DNA of 64,000 nt, taken from Selaginella moellendorffii (Eukaryota > Plantae > Lycopodiophyta). Where the stretch lies: assembly GCF_000143415.4 (NCBI RefSeq), contig NW_003314281.1, forward strand, positions 422,833 through 486,832. Direction: 5' to 3'. The notes beneath the pieces are model-generated. The model saw only the letters and a list, made by a program, of their open reading frames with translations, was not told the DNA's origin and searched no databases. Position 1 is the stretch's first letter; the number at the start of each line of letters is the position of its first letter. A program made the position numbers and the translations under genes. Positions 52,969 through 64,000 of this stretch are shown here, one piece after another.

Positions 52969-55900
52969 CTACTCGATACCCTCTACAAGCATTGGGCCGC
53001 TCCTGACGCCGCCGCCTTCGTCTGGTTTCTGTTCTTCCTTCTTGGTTTGATCGCTCCTGGGCTTCGCTCCAATCTCCTCTCCTCTCGCTCGCGCGGCTCT
53101 TCTCCTCACTAGAAATCCCCGCACTAGAGCTTCAATCCTTGTGGCCGCTCCCCGCAGGTAAATGTCGTGAATTCGTTTCTCTCGTTCGATCCGAAGAGTT
53201 AGCGGCAGACCCTGTGCTCATAGAAAGAGAGACTCTTCTCAAGAAACAAAAAGAACGCTCGTGAGCTGCTTAACTGTGGGTCCAATCTTGTAGAGCGTCA
53301 GAGTTTCTAGCAGCTGCTTGAAAGGAATGCCTTTGTTTGGGACTCGAAAGCTTAGGACCTCGAACTCGATCCTCATAATCCTGGACAACAAAAAGGCTAT
53401 CATCGAGCAAACCCACCAAAACAAGCTTCATACCATTCCACAGTGGCATTATGCCGACGTCCCAAGGGGATACCCAGCGCATCCACAAATCTCCGTAGCT
53501 TGTGCATTCCAATGTATCCCGTAGCACTGCCAACCAGAGAAAAGGTTCGGGCCTAAAACTATGAAAGAGCTTTGCTTACTGGGGATCATAGTGAGCCCAT
53601 AGAGCTTTGAAGCCGAGAAGGTGTGTAGGCGTGACCATCGAATTCTCATTCACCAATCCAAACGTGATGGCGTCGAGAATAACAGCTACAAACAAGTTCA
53701 TGAAGATAAAGCTTGCGACCAGGACCAACAGCACGAAGTATATCACCCCAGCAAAGGGGAAGCCACAGTCGTTCGCCGTCAAATGGCTACTCTTGGAACA
53801 TAGGGGTGAGCCGACCATCACGTCACCCATAATGCAAGACCAGTTGTCCAGTGTTGAAACCTGTGGGAAAAAAAAACGAAGAAAACGGAGAAGTGAGGGA
53901 TGGAAGAGCCAGAAAGCAAGAAACTTACCTGAAAGACGGTAATGAAAGAATTGACGAATGTCCGAAAGTTGAGCACGGGGCCAATGCAGTTCCCGTCCTT
54001 GACGTGACTAAACATCTGGAAGCCAACACCCGCAAACGCAAACAGGAAAATAGCGAGAAGAGCCATGATCTCTCCCATTGTTGGCAAACATATGAATATG
54101 GTTCTGATAATCACCCGTGCTCTCGGTACGTGAGGAATGATGCAAAAGACCCGAGTAATGTAGCCAAAGCGACCAAGATAACCCCTCGGTGTTCCCTTCA
54201 CTCCCATCAAGCCCGACGCCGCTATAATAGATATCAGTGCCTCAATGTGCCTCGAATACTCTTTTTTGTAAACTCTAAACTGCACAAAAAAGAAAAGAAA
54301 AGAAGTTAGAATTCAGGGGAAACGCTCCCGCACATACCTCGTCGCCTAAAAACTTCGTCAGAGCCTCCAACAAGAAATATGTCGTAAGAGCGACGTGAGC
54401 TTTCTGGCGGCGTGTGGAAACATATGGCGGCTGGCCAGCATAGTTCGTGGCCAAAAGTCCAGAGTATCCCAGGAGGCAAATGATCATGATCTTCTGGTAC
54501 GTACGATTTCGGATGGCATAGAAACAGAACTTCCTGATGAAATTCTTTGGAGGTCGCGGCAATGCTGCTGGCTTCGTCTTCTGGATAATTCGATTCATGT
54601 CCCGCCACAGCTTCTGCCTCTCGGTCAGAAGCAAGGCCCCGGAGTTCTTGCCAAACTCGTTGATGAATACTCCGATAAACACCCGGACTATGAAAAATCC
54701 CCCGCATATGCAAAAGGCCACAAAGAAAATGGCATAAGCCGGACTGCTATCCCGTTGCGGCTGCTTGTCCTGACCAACAATATCCATTACGGGGTACAGC
54801 CAGTTCGTCACCCAGTTGTCGAAAGTGGAGCAAACGAATAACGAGAGGAAAGCGTTGCCAATGTCGTCAAAGTGGAACGTGGGATTTTTCCACGCCCGTG
54901 GAGAGTAGAGGCCAACGTTGTTGTAATAGTGACCAGTGCAATAGGCTCGATGAGTTATACTTGAATCGTTGCACGAATAGAGAAGGCCTCGAAACAACTG
55001 TATTCCTATGGATCCAAAAATCACGAAGATGAGGAAGGTGAATAGCAGAACAGCAACTATAGCCGGAATGGTTTTGATGAGATTCGTCAATAGGGTCCTC
55101 AGCTTTGCAGCCCGAGAGATAAACCGAAATGGTCGGAGTGCAGTCAAAGCATGTATTGCTCGTCTAGACCTCTCACTCCCACTCCAGCTCGATAGATTAA
55201 GTCCGTCGATGATAAGTAGAAAGATATCCAAGATATTGTAAGGATCGTTGAGCACCGCGTCAGGCGAAAACATTAAACCATAAGAGATTACTTTCAGCAG
55301 AAACTCCACCATAAAAAACTGTTAACTCAGAATGTTAAACCATGGACAGGAGAAACGAAGGCTTTACCGACCGCGAAGACGAGCTTGTGAAGAATCTTCA
55401 TGGCAAGGTCGGCAAAGACTGGCTCTCCAGTCGATCGCATCTCAATAACAATCCAGGTACTCAAGGCAACCCAGCCAAGAGAAAACCAGCGCCACCACTT
55501 ATGCTCGACGATTTTTCTCGAAAGTTTTCTGAGGCTGCTGTTCTCTCCAAAAATCAAAAGCGATCCTTCATGCAGGTACCATGGCCTTTCAATTCTGGTA
55601 AAATCCTTCTCAAGTAGTTCGTAGTCGGACAGCTGAAAGGACTCCCTCTTGCTATTGCTTCTGCTCAGACTTCTCATGAGCATGCTGGTAGACTTAAACG
55701 AAGGAGGCTTCGTAATGTCCGCGAGCGTGAGAACAGCATCCTCCAGTGCAGTCCTCGAGCCTCGCTTTTCCCCAATGTCTGGTGGAAATCCGGTAGCCTG
55801 TAATATCTGAGAGTTCCTACTGGCTCTTCTTTCTCCTCCTGTCGTTGAGGTGGAGGTGTTTTCCTCTGCACCTGTAGTCGACACGGCCTCTAAAGTTTGT

Positions 55901-58900
55901 CCGCCCCCTTCTGCTTCCCCAGAAACTGCTCCAGGGAGGTCGTAGCCTCTGTCTCGAGCGCGATCATCGCGGTCCCGGTCTCGGTCGTGGTCCGCGTCGC
56001 GGTCCCGGCGTTTGTCCCGTTGAGATTCCTTGTGAGTTTTCACTGGCCTGACGCTCATGCCAAGGACACGGTGCGCAAAACTTCCAAAGCTTGACTTCAT
56101 TCCCTCGACAGCGCCAACCATCCAGCTTCCGCTTCTTACGTACGCTCTGCTTTGCATGCGCTTGAGCAATCGTATGTGGTCCGTCTGTGGGAAAGAGAAA
56201 TGAATTGTCTGTCAGCGCCTCAAGCTTGAGTAGTACCCGTTGAATCTGCTTTTTCTCGTTGTCAGTAAGCTCGTTCCGCTCTAGTAAAACAGCGATAATA
56301 AGGTTCATAATGATAAAAGCTGTCAAAACAAAATAGAATATATACAGGAAAGGAGCCACTCCGCTGCGAAACCATGGGTCAACCTCTTTGTTGATAACAA
56401 AGAAGAGCTTACTTGTACTCTACTCCCGGTCTCATCGAATTCCACAGTTGATTTGGCCAGGACTCAGCAGTAGTTACCGAGAACCAGAGAAGCATAGTTT
56501 GAAGCATATTATCGTGGTTTCCACGGGGATACCCGTCCGAAAACTTGTAATACTGGCCACTGTAGAGCTCCATGCTTAATATGGAAAATACCACAATAAC
56601 GAGCATATAAAAAAAGAACACGCTGACAAGCGAGCCAACACTTTTCATACAGGTAGCCTGCAAACATAATTACCGTCCACATTCCTTTCAATGAAACACA
56701 AGGACTTACCACAACAGAGGGGTTCCTGTCGACGTGTTTTTTTGACAAGTAGAACCATCGCAAAACTCGAACAGCAGAGATGTTTGGATACTTGCGCGAG
56801 ACCAAAGCTCCAGCAGAGACCACAACAACAAAGAAATCTAGTAGGTTCATCCCTACAAGCAATGCGAAGATAAAGCTTAGAAAGGAGCAAAAATTGCTTA
56901 CTGTCGGATATAAACGAGCCTGGACCGTAAGCAAGAAACCTCAGTAAAAGCTCTCCTGAGAAAACCACGAGGAGAACAGCTTGAATACCATCTGCGCTGG
57001 AGTTAAGTCAAGCAAACGATGATGAAAAAGAAAAACGAATAGTGTGGATACAGAGCGTGTACAATAGTTCCTTGGACATGCCGTACTTGTATAAACACAG
57101 GACGATAGCGTTGACAGTCACGGCCAATAGCACGCCCCAGTCGAAACTAGGACGTTCCGCAATCGCGCGGCACTGATCGGATAGTGATAAAGCTGCTCTG
57201 GCTCCCATGGACATACTTCGACTCAATGAGCGGTTGTAAGTCATCGAGCCAGCCCTGCTTAGCCTCAATGAGCTAGACCGGAACGCTTCTCTCATGGACG
57301 ACTGGGTGCGACTAAATGCCCGAACAACATTCCGTTGCACTTTCTTTGATTTGTTCCACAGCCGCGTATGCCATCTCATACTGGCATCGTCACGTATGAT
57401 GTCGTCCCTCAGGATGTTGGCCATTATTGTTGCACTGTAAAAGGAAGTCTGGGCTTGACGGCTTTTTTTTAGCAGCGCCTGCAAAGAAATGAACCACCTT
57501 TTGATCTTCAAAAGTGAAAAAAAGAAGACTTCATGCCTGGTGTTCTGCTCGAACACGGAGAAATACTCCACTTATTCCAGCTATGAACACATTGACAAGA
57601 AAATATGCACCGATTACCACCAAGCTCATGAAGTAGGAATCTGCACGGGCGAGCTTTAGCACAAGTAGAATTTATAAAGACCTACTTGCTCGTTCCCCCT
57701 GAGAATCCTTTACATGATACATTATAAGTGCCCATCCTTCCAGCGACACAATCTAAACGGTCCGAAGGTGCATCAAAACAAAGATATGCCATAGCAGAGC
57801 TCATACCTGAAACATACTGATCAGGGAATACCAGAGATAGTCGAAGCTTGTTTGTCCATAGTTCGGATTTCCATGCAACTGCAAACGTAACGTCACGAAC
57901 ACCCAAACACTCTAAAGGTGGAATGCCTCACCGTACACTTCTGATTGGAAGGGCATATGTACGCATCGAGAACCTTCTTGTCACAGAAACGTTCTGGGTA
58001 GGCTTCTTTCTTGTCCGTTTTCCGCAAACACCTGCGCATATCGGAATTCAATAAGAGTTACTGTAACCAATCAAGTACCGGTTTAACATTGTCTTTTGCA
58101 AGAATTGCGTCCCAAGAAGCGCATAGAAAACCAGCCAGAAAAAAGTAAGCAAGATGACATTTTCAAGCGGACGAACGCTTCGTTTCACTGCCGCCATGAT
58201 AGCCTGCCAAGGATGAAACATTATCAATGAGGAAATGAAAGCAGAGGGGCAGCATACAATGACATCGGCAAAAAAAGTGATGTGCTTCAAAGCGAGCAGG
58301 CCGCGAAAGGCACGCAAGACTGCCAACCGTGCAAAAAAATCACTTCCAGTTATGCCTCTAACAATAATATGTATCCTGTAGCTCATACAGCATCAGACAT
58401 GCGCATGAAACAAGCAACATGTTGCATCGTACCAGGAATCAATGACCATAGCAAAATCGAGCCGGTTGTATGGGTTGCGAAGGTAGCAATGACGTCTCTT
58501 GTAGAGGCCTAGGACAAAAATCTTTAGAATCACTTCCAGCCTGCATCCAAAGAGATCTTTCAAGCCGAAACTTATCAATTACGGAAAAACATACGTGCTT
58601 AGTGCTGTGATTAAACCGTCCAAAAAGTCAAGCTTGAAATTCCTTATATCAGTCCAGCGTTCTGATCTGTTGCCAATTTTTACTTGGAAAATGAACACTA
58701 TGAGGTGAGCCCAGATGAGAAACAGAATAAAATACTCTGCTTTCCTGCAAGAACAATGCAAGGATAAGAAATGAAAAAGCTAATGAGAGGCTTACTGGCT
58801 ATAGAGAAACATGAAGAGCCTCAGCCGAGTAGTACTGTAGGGACTCCAAAACCCAAGAGCATGACCATCTAGTCGAGCTCCAGTCCCTATAGCACTGCGT

Positions 58901-59332
58901 CTTGCCTTTCTTCTTACCACCTAGAAAATAAAGCTAGAAAAAGGTTTAAAAAAAAAAACTGAGAGAAAGTTGAAGTACCAGCATTCGCTTGACTGCTTTG
59001 TAAGCTTTTTTCCAGTTCTTCCTGGGCAAGGAGTCAGTAGCACGAGGAAGATCTCCCAATGCAGCTAACAAGGCAGCAGTCTTCTCTTCCTCTGGCTTGA
59101 GCGCTCCTCCAATAGGAGGCAGACGATCTTCCCAGCGAGGGTTTCTAGCTATGAAATCTGGATCCTCCTCGGGATCATTGTCGCTATAGAGAGAAACTTG
59201 GATTAAATCATGCATTTTTCACGTGAAGGGGATGGTAGTTTACCGTTGAATCAGCTGAGCCACAGCTTTGGAGGCGGCATCGAACATCCCCGAGAGCCTG
59301 GAACTCCTGCGCCTTATTCCAACCCCCTCCAT
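52969..59332 (-). CDS. Four-domain (4x6TM) voltage-gated-type calcium channel alpha-1 subunit (Cav/Nav/NALCN superfamily); multi-exon
   Basis: Four pore loops: NPNYGQTSFDYLWYSLISMFQ|IVSLEGW, NHDNMLQTMLLWFSVTTAESW, FHFDDIGNAFLSLFVCSTFDNW and NFRTFVNSFITVFQ|VSTLDNW. S6 motifs include MNLIIAVLLE and MNLFVAVILD. C-terminal YDPHATGYI..L..F...L..PLG and IQ-like AATRIEALVRGFLVRRR. ATG at 59332, stop at 52969-52971. Confidence 0.92.
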
Positions 59333-60564
59333 AGTGTCGCCGAGTCACGCGATGCCCTAAAATGCTAGCTCATAACCCTAGCATTTTTGTCCAACAAAAA
59401 CCCTGATTTTCAAACAGCAGTTACAAATGGCGCGTAACCGTTATCGAAATTTAGGGTTTATCATATCCTAGGGTTTCTGAGCTGGGGCGAGGAGCGACGG
59501 CACAAGGCAGATTTCTCGGTTCTTGGTTCATCACTCCGGAATTTGAGAAGGATTCCAGCGAGATCTCGGCGAGCAAGCTCGATTTCATGGGTCCTCCCAT
59601 ACATGGCGTGAGCAAACCAGACGATTGGGCAAAAGCCGTCGTTGATTGCTACCCATGGTCAGCTCTACACGTTTTCTTTCTCTCTTCTTCTCGGGCCTTT
59701 CTCTTCTCGGGCTTTCTTAAGATTTTCCTTTCTTTTATCAGGAATTGGAGCTCTCATGCCCTTGGTTTTGGAGTCAATACAGCATAAGCTCTTCATGCTT
59801 ATCCATAGCCAGTAAGTATGCAAGTAAACTACCTTGTAATTGCTGTGCTACATTGTTTTCAAACACAGGAGAATATGTGTTGCTATTCCTCATCCTAACT
59901 AAATGGAACAACGATGGAAAGATGTAAGGCCCCAGCTGTGCACTTTAGACCATCAGTTCCATGCTGAGTTGAAGCTTGGCTGTCATCATTTCCAGCAACT
60001 TTCCTTCACAAAGACTCTTTAGAAGTAGTGATCTAGATTGAAGCAGATTGTGTTGTTTTGCTCACTACTGGACATTTTCGGTTGGAGGACCGTGATCAGC
60101 AGCCAGTGACACACGCACTTTCTGGCAAGTAAGAAAACAGTGAACACGAACAAGAACTAAAAGTTATCACGGGAGTAGCCATGAGGGGATGAATACGAAT
60201 TCGTCAGCAACAAATTCCAAGCAACACCGGGGCAAAAGAACGTCGCAGCAACAAAGATTACAACGCTGTGAGGTTTTCTGGTGAGGAGGAAGGCATCAAG
60301 GGTGAGATGTTAGTTGACTTCGCAAACCCTAAACCGCTGACAGGAATAGCTCAGCGGTGCAATAGAGTAACTTTGAGACAATCAAACACTGTGTCCCGAG
60401 CGGCAAAAATGTGAGGAGGATTCGGATGCTCCTCTCGACTGCTACTGTACAGCATAGCAGTTCATGCTCAAAAGTTAAAAATAAGAGAGAAACATACCAT
60501 GACAACTGCAAGGAAATCCTCGAACACCCAAGACCATGAAACGTGCAAAATAATCTCTCCAAGT

Positions 60565-61010
60565 CTAATAATCAATAGGCAGAAGGTAGTAATGAGGTCC
60601 CTTGCCCATCCTGATTGCAAAAGAAGAAACAAAAAACACCTTAAAATCCAAGCAGGCATTAATGACCACATTCTGCTCTCTAGAGATATATTGAAGTGTC
60701 CAAAAATCAAGCTGTGCTAAAAGGTGCTGAAGCTCCTTATGTAATGGAAGAAGTTGTGAGCCCTTGAGCTGGAACCCACCATGTATGTGTTGGCATGCAA
60801 GATTGGAGTCTATCTTGATTGCTAGGTGTTGCAGATTATGACCAAGAGCCTCTTGGACACTAGCTATAAGAGCTTTGTACTCTATTTCATTAGAAGACTT
60901 TGTGGCAACGGTAGCAAATTTAACACGTAGCATTTCCCTAGTTGACCAGAGAAGTGCAAACCCAATGCCACCACAATTCATCCTACAGCTGTAAACTTCA
61001 TCAGTGAAGA
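60565..61010 (-). pseudogene. Isolated RNase HI-like (RVT_3/aRH-type) fragment, likely retroelement-derived
   Basis: GGIGFAL..SSNEIEYKALIASVQEAL..L.IKIDSNL..HI.G.FQLK..LLPL...L..L..YISREQN; the first and last catalytic acidic positions appear frameshifted or lost. Confidence 0.65.
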
Positions 61011-61299
61011 GAAAGTGTGAAGTTTAGTGGCCGCCTCAACTTGTTCTAGCTTTTCAAACTACTCCACCAGCTTCCCTTACAAATGCTTGAAAGCGGTTTC
61101 TTCGCATTTCTTGTGTACGGTAGAACACCAGACAATAAGTCCAGAACCACTTCTGTTGACTTTTTGTTGACATAGTCACTAAAAGTCAAGAAAGCGTTTG
61201 ACAATGGCATTTGTTTGTTCGTGTAACGAGGAAAACCAAGCAAGAACAACAAAAGAAGGAAGCCATGGTTATTAGTTACAGGTTGCTCTCGCTCAAGCA

Positions 61300-62322
61300 A
61301 TGCTGCTACAACTCCTCCTTGTTTCTTGGACAAGCCTCTTGATCTCCCCTTGCAACTCCATCAAATTTCGGCGCAGAGATCCATATCAGATCCATCCTCT
61401 GGATGCCGACATCATCGCTTACAAGATCCGCCTCCACATCGCCCAGAGAATCCAGCCGCGAGTCACGTACCAGCCCCAGAGCTGGGACACTTTCTTCACT
61501 CTCGCCTCGGGGCCAAACTTACACGCCTTCTCGAGGCTCTCGCTTTACGGCCGCGACTCGAGTGGCAAATGCACTGGCAGCCCCTGCCCGCTTTACATGC
61601 CCGGCGCCGTTTTGCGACGAGCCTTCGAGTTCCTGGCAGATTGCATCGCGGACGAGACACGCCGAGGCCTCTACGGCCACATTTTCGCGACCATGGGCAT
61701 CATAGGAATCGACTACGCTGTCATTCAATACGAAGAGAGGAGTTTTAGTAATGGCTATGAATTCAGCAACACCACTGACCTGGACCTGTATCGTCGTCAC
61801 GGCTTTCCCGGGAGGAGTTCTAGCGAGAAAAGTGTTCGTCTTGGCACCACCTACAAGTCTTACGTTAGCTCTCCCGATCACGACCTGGAAGAGGGAAAGA
61901 ATACAACTCACCTCCTGATGGACGAAGACTGCGACCTCTTTGTCTCGTGCATGGAAAGTGGAGGACGGGGAGACGAAGGATCGGAGCTCTACGCCGGACA
62001 GCGTCTTGTGTCACTCAATGGCATCGTTGAGCTGGTTGTGGAGGAAACCTGTAACTTAGTGCTGTATGCGAGGGGGATAAGGAGACTGTGGTCGAGTGAT
62101 ACCTCTGGACAAGGTGGAGGCAGTGGATGCACGCTCACTCTCCAAAGGGATGGGAACTTGGTGTTCTTGGGACGTGATGGAAAAGGCTTCTGGGCGACGA
62201 ACGTCTACTGCCAGCCGCAACCGAATTCTATCCTCTCAACTCGTTTGGTGGTCGAGGATGACGGGCATTTGTCTCTGTACCAAGAAGCGGCACCAATGCG
62301 TTTGCTGTGGCGACGACCATAG
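61300..62322 (+). CDS. Secreted intronless protein with unknown N-terminal domain and C-terminal bulb-type (GNA-like) mannose-binding lectin domain
   Basis: Signal peptide MLLQLLLVSWTSLLISPCNS; lectin LYAGQRLVSLNG..L.V..TCNLVLY..LWSSDT..CTLTLQRDGNLVF..FWATN..RLVVEDDGHLSLY. Confidence 0.8.
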   Translation: MLLQLLLVSWTSLLISPCNSIKFRRRDPYQIHPLDADIIAYKIRLHIAQRIQPRVTYQPQSWDTFFTLASGPNLHAFSRLSLYGRDSSGKCTGSPCPLYMPGAVLRRAFEFLADCIADETRRGLYGHIFATMGIIGIDYAVIQYEERSFSNGYEFSNTTDLDLYRRHGFPGRSSSEKSVRLGTTYKSYVSSPDHDLEEGKNTTHLLMDEDCDLFVSCMESGGRGDEGSELYAGQRLVSLNGIVELVVEETCNLVLYARGIRRLWSSDTSGQGGGSGCTLTLQRDGNLVFLGRDGKGFWATNVYCQPQPNSILSTRLVVEDDGHLSLYQEAAPMRLLWRRP

Positions 62323-62515
62323 CTTTTTACTGCGAGAAAGAAAGTTAACCACAAGAGCACAAGAACGAAAGTAGTGGCTTACTTGATCACTGCCACCAAC
62401 ATGAGAAAGACATTTTGAAGTCGTCAATAGCAGCTCACGGTCACCACACGCGTAGGCTAAGCTGGACCCACGCAAGAGCCCTCCTCAAATCCCCAGAACT
62501 CCTCGAACAGTAAAC

Positions 62516-64000
62516 ATGGATTCGAGGAACAGCAGAAAGCTTCAAAGGGCCGGTGCCCCCAAGACTACCGTTCACTTTGCGGACGAGGTAAGCATTCAAG
62601 TTCCTTCTTCCGGCTCTGCTCTCGCTTCTCCACCGTCTCCACCTTCAAGCACTAGAACCCCCAGTACCAGTGAGTTGTGGTCGGTTTTTTCTCCACATCC
62701 GGAAGTCGAGCAGCAGCCTTCCACTCCCGAGCCTTCAGCTCCAGTGAAAAGGAATAATTCCCGATCACCAGAGCAGCGTCTCACTCTGATAGCTTTCAGG
62801 CTCGCAGTTCTTGAAAAGTTCGCCACTGGCCTCGGGAAACTGGCCTTCGTCTGGGCAACTGTTGTTCTCCTCGGTGGATTCGTGAGCAACATTCCGGCCA
62901 AAGACTTTTGGACGATATCGGCCTTGCTGCTGACTGAAGGAACGCGGGTTTTCAGTCGAAGTAGCGAGTTGGAATGGCAGCAGGCAAATTACAGCTTGGG
63001 AATTCTCGGCTTCAGCACGTTCGTGTTCGACAAGAGCGCCAGATTAAGGCAGACGTTCTCTGCAGCCTTCGACCATGACCACCCTGAACAGAACGTTAGC
63101 AGAGATCGACTTTCCAAAAATCCAGTAAAGAAAGATTTATACCAGGGATTCGGTGCCCGAAGAACTTGGTCCGTGGGAAGCGTCCCGGTCCTGCCGTATG
63201 TAAAGTTCCTCCCCACCAGGATCATCAGCCTTTTCATGTACTTCCTCCAGCTTGCTTCTGCAACAGTCACCGTATGTTTCTCAGTATATCGACTTGCCGA
63301 GCACGGCTCCAATTCCCAAGGACAAAACACTGAGCAAGCACTTACGGTGTTTTACGCGATGATGCTGGCAGAAGCGTCGCTATTCCTCCTGGAGAGAGCG
63401 TATTGGGAATTCAAGCTTCGTTACCAGAGGTTGCTGGAAGTAGTCACTCGAAAGTGTGAGCTTGATCAAGACGACATTGAAACCATGAAGCAGTACTGGT
63501 ACACATTGTACTCACGATCGCTGAACGGAAGCGTGTTTGATGGCCTGGGAATGGACCTTATCGATTTCACCGTCGAGAAGCTGCAGTCAAGCATAAGGGA
63601 AGAGCAGCTCGGTAGCGTCAACATACTGTCGGCTCTCGTCTCAAAAGGAGTTTCAAGGGAAGAAACGCGACGGAGGATTGGTACCACGCCCGGAGTTGTG
63701 GAGAGACTCTTAGAGATGATCACCTGGAAGGATCTTAGTGAGGCCGAAATCAGGAAAGCTGCAACGATAGTAATCAAGTACCTGCTTCGTCACCGCAGTA
63801 ACTGCTTCAGGATTTCCGCTATCCCTGGATCCCTGGAAGCCATCACTTCTCTTTTAACTGCAGGAGAGAAGAAAGTGCAAGAAGAACAGAGGTACGGACT
63901 CGCTATCCTCAACAGGCTAGCCGTGGACCACAGGACATGCGTGCGAATCGGTAACACCAGCGGACTTATCTCCATCCTGGTTGCGTTTCTCCAAGACGAA
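62516..64000 (+). CDS. Membrane-anchored ARM-repeat protein (BLE2-like plant family); runs off the window end
   Basis: Open frame from ATG 62516: PEQRLTLIAFRLAVLEKFATGLGKLAFVWATVVLLGGF..DFWTISALLLTEGTRVFSRSSELEWQ, ALTVFYAMMLAEASLFLLERAYWE, GVVERLLEMITWK. Missing from the ORF track because there is no stop in the window. Confidence 0.85.
   Translation, partial: MDSRNSRKLQRAGAPKTTVHFADEVSIQVPSSGSALASPPSPPSSTRTPSTSELWSVFSPHPEVEQQPSTPEPSAPVKRNNSRSPEQRLTLIAFRLAVLEKFATGLGKLAFVWATVVLLGGFVSNIPAKDFWTISALLLTEGTRVFSRSSELEWQQANYSLGILGFSTFVFDKSARLRQTFSAAFDHDHPEQNVSRDRLSKNPVKKDLYQGFGARRTWSVGSVPVLPYVKFLPTRIISLFMYFLQLASATVTVCFSVYRLAEHGSNSQGQNTEQALTVFYAMMLAEASLFLLERAYWEFKLRYQRLLEVVTRKCELDQDDIETMKQYWYTLYSRSLNGSVFDGLGMDLIDFTVEKLQSSIREEQLGSVNILSALVSKGVSREETRRRIGTTPGVVERLLEMITWKDLSEAEIRKAATIVIKYLLRHRSNCFRISAIPGSLEAITSLLTAGEKKVQEEQRYGLAILNRLAVDHRTCVRIGNTSGLISILVAFLQDE

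Noticed and set aside
52969-59332. Calling the channel TPC1, a Nav sodium channel or CatSper; also U12 (AT-AC) introns
   Set aside because: Four repeats in one chain exclude TPC (two) and CatSper (one), and the filter has no Lys as in DEKA/EEKE. No RTATCCTT donor was seen at the inferred junctions.

Overview
This is a very gene-dense eukaryotic land-plant nuclear segment. Most introns are about 45-70 bp and some intergenic gaps are only tens of bp, which together with the PPR style suggests a lycophyte such as Selaginella (inference). Gene order: KEA3-like K+/H+ antiporter (5'-truncated), nsLTP, an intronless 918-aa 2OG-Fe(II) oxygenase/helical protein, LIN/CERBERUS-like U-box/ARM/WD40 E3 ligase, a scrambled inverted remnant of the 2OG gene, tRNA-Leu(UAG), tubulin cofactor D, UBE2W-type E2, DSE1/TANMEI WD40, HEMB, a PLS-E PPR, an AT-hook protein, cytokinin dehydrogenase, ZSWIM7/SWS1, HEME (UROD). 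An AT-rich island of three LTR retroelements follows, then DExH1 helicase, a four-domain voltage-gated-type Ca2+ channel, an RNase H fragment, a secreted bulb-lectin fusion, and a TM-ARM protein (3'-truncated). Most notable: (1) a complete four-domain Cav/Nav-like channel with an E-E-D-D filter, weakened S4 segments, an EF-hand and an IQ-like motif; (2) a Ty3/gypsy element with a G_GGA_AAC slippery site plus H-type pseudoknot, a tRNA-Ala PBS and a 4-bp TSD, lying tail-to-tail with a transition-hypermutated inverted sibling; (3) the 2OG oxygenase and its internally inverted remnant bracketing LIN; (4) extreme compaction, including 42 bp between divergent ATGs and 16 bp between convergent stops. 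Exon boundaries were read by eye and are approximate.
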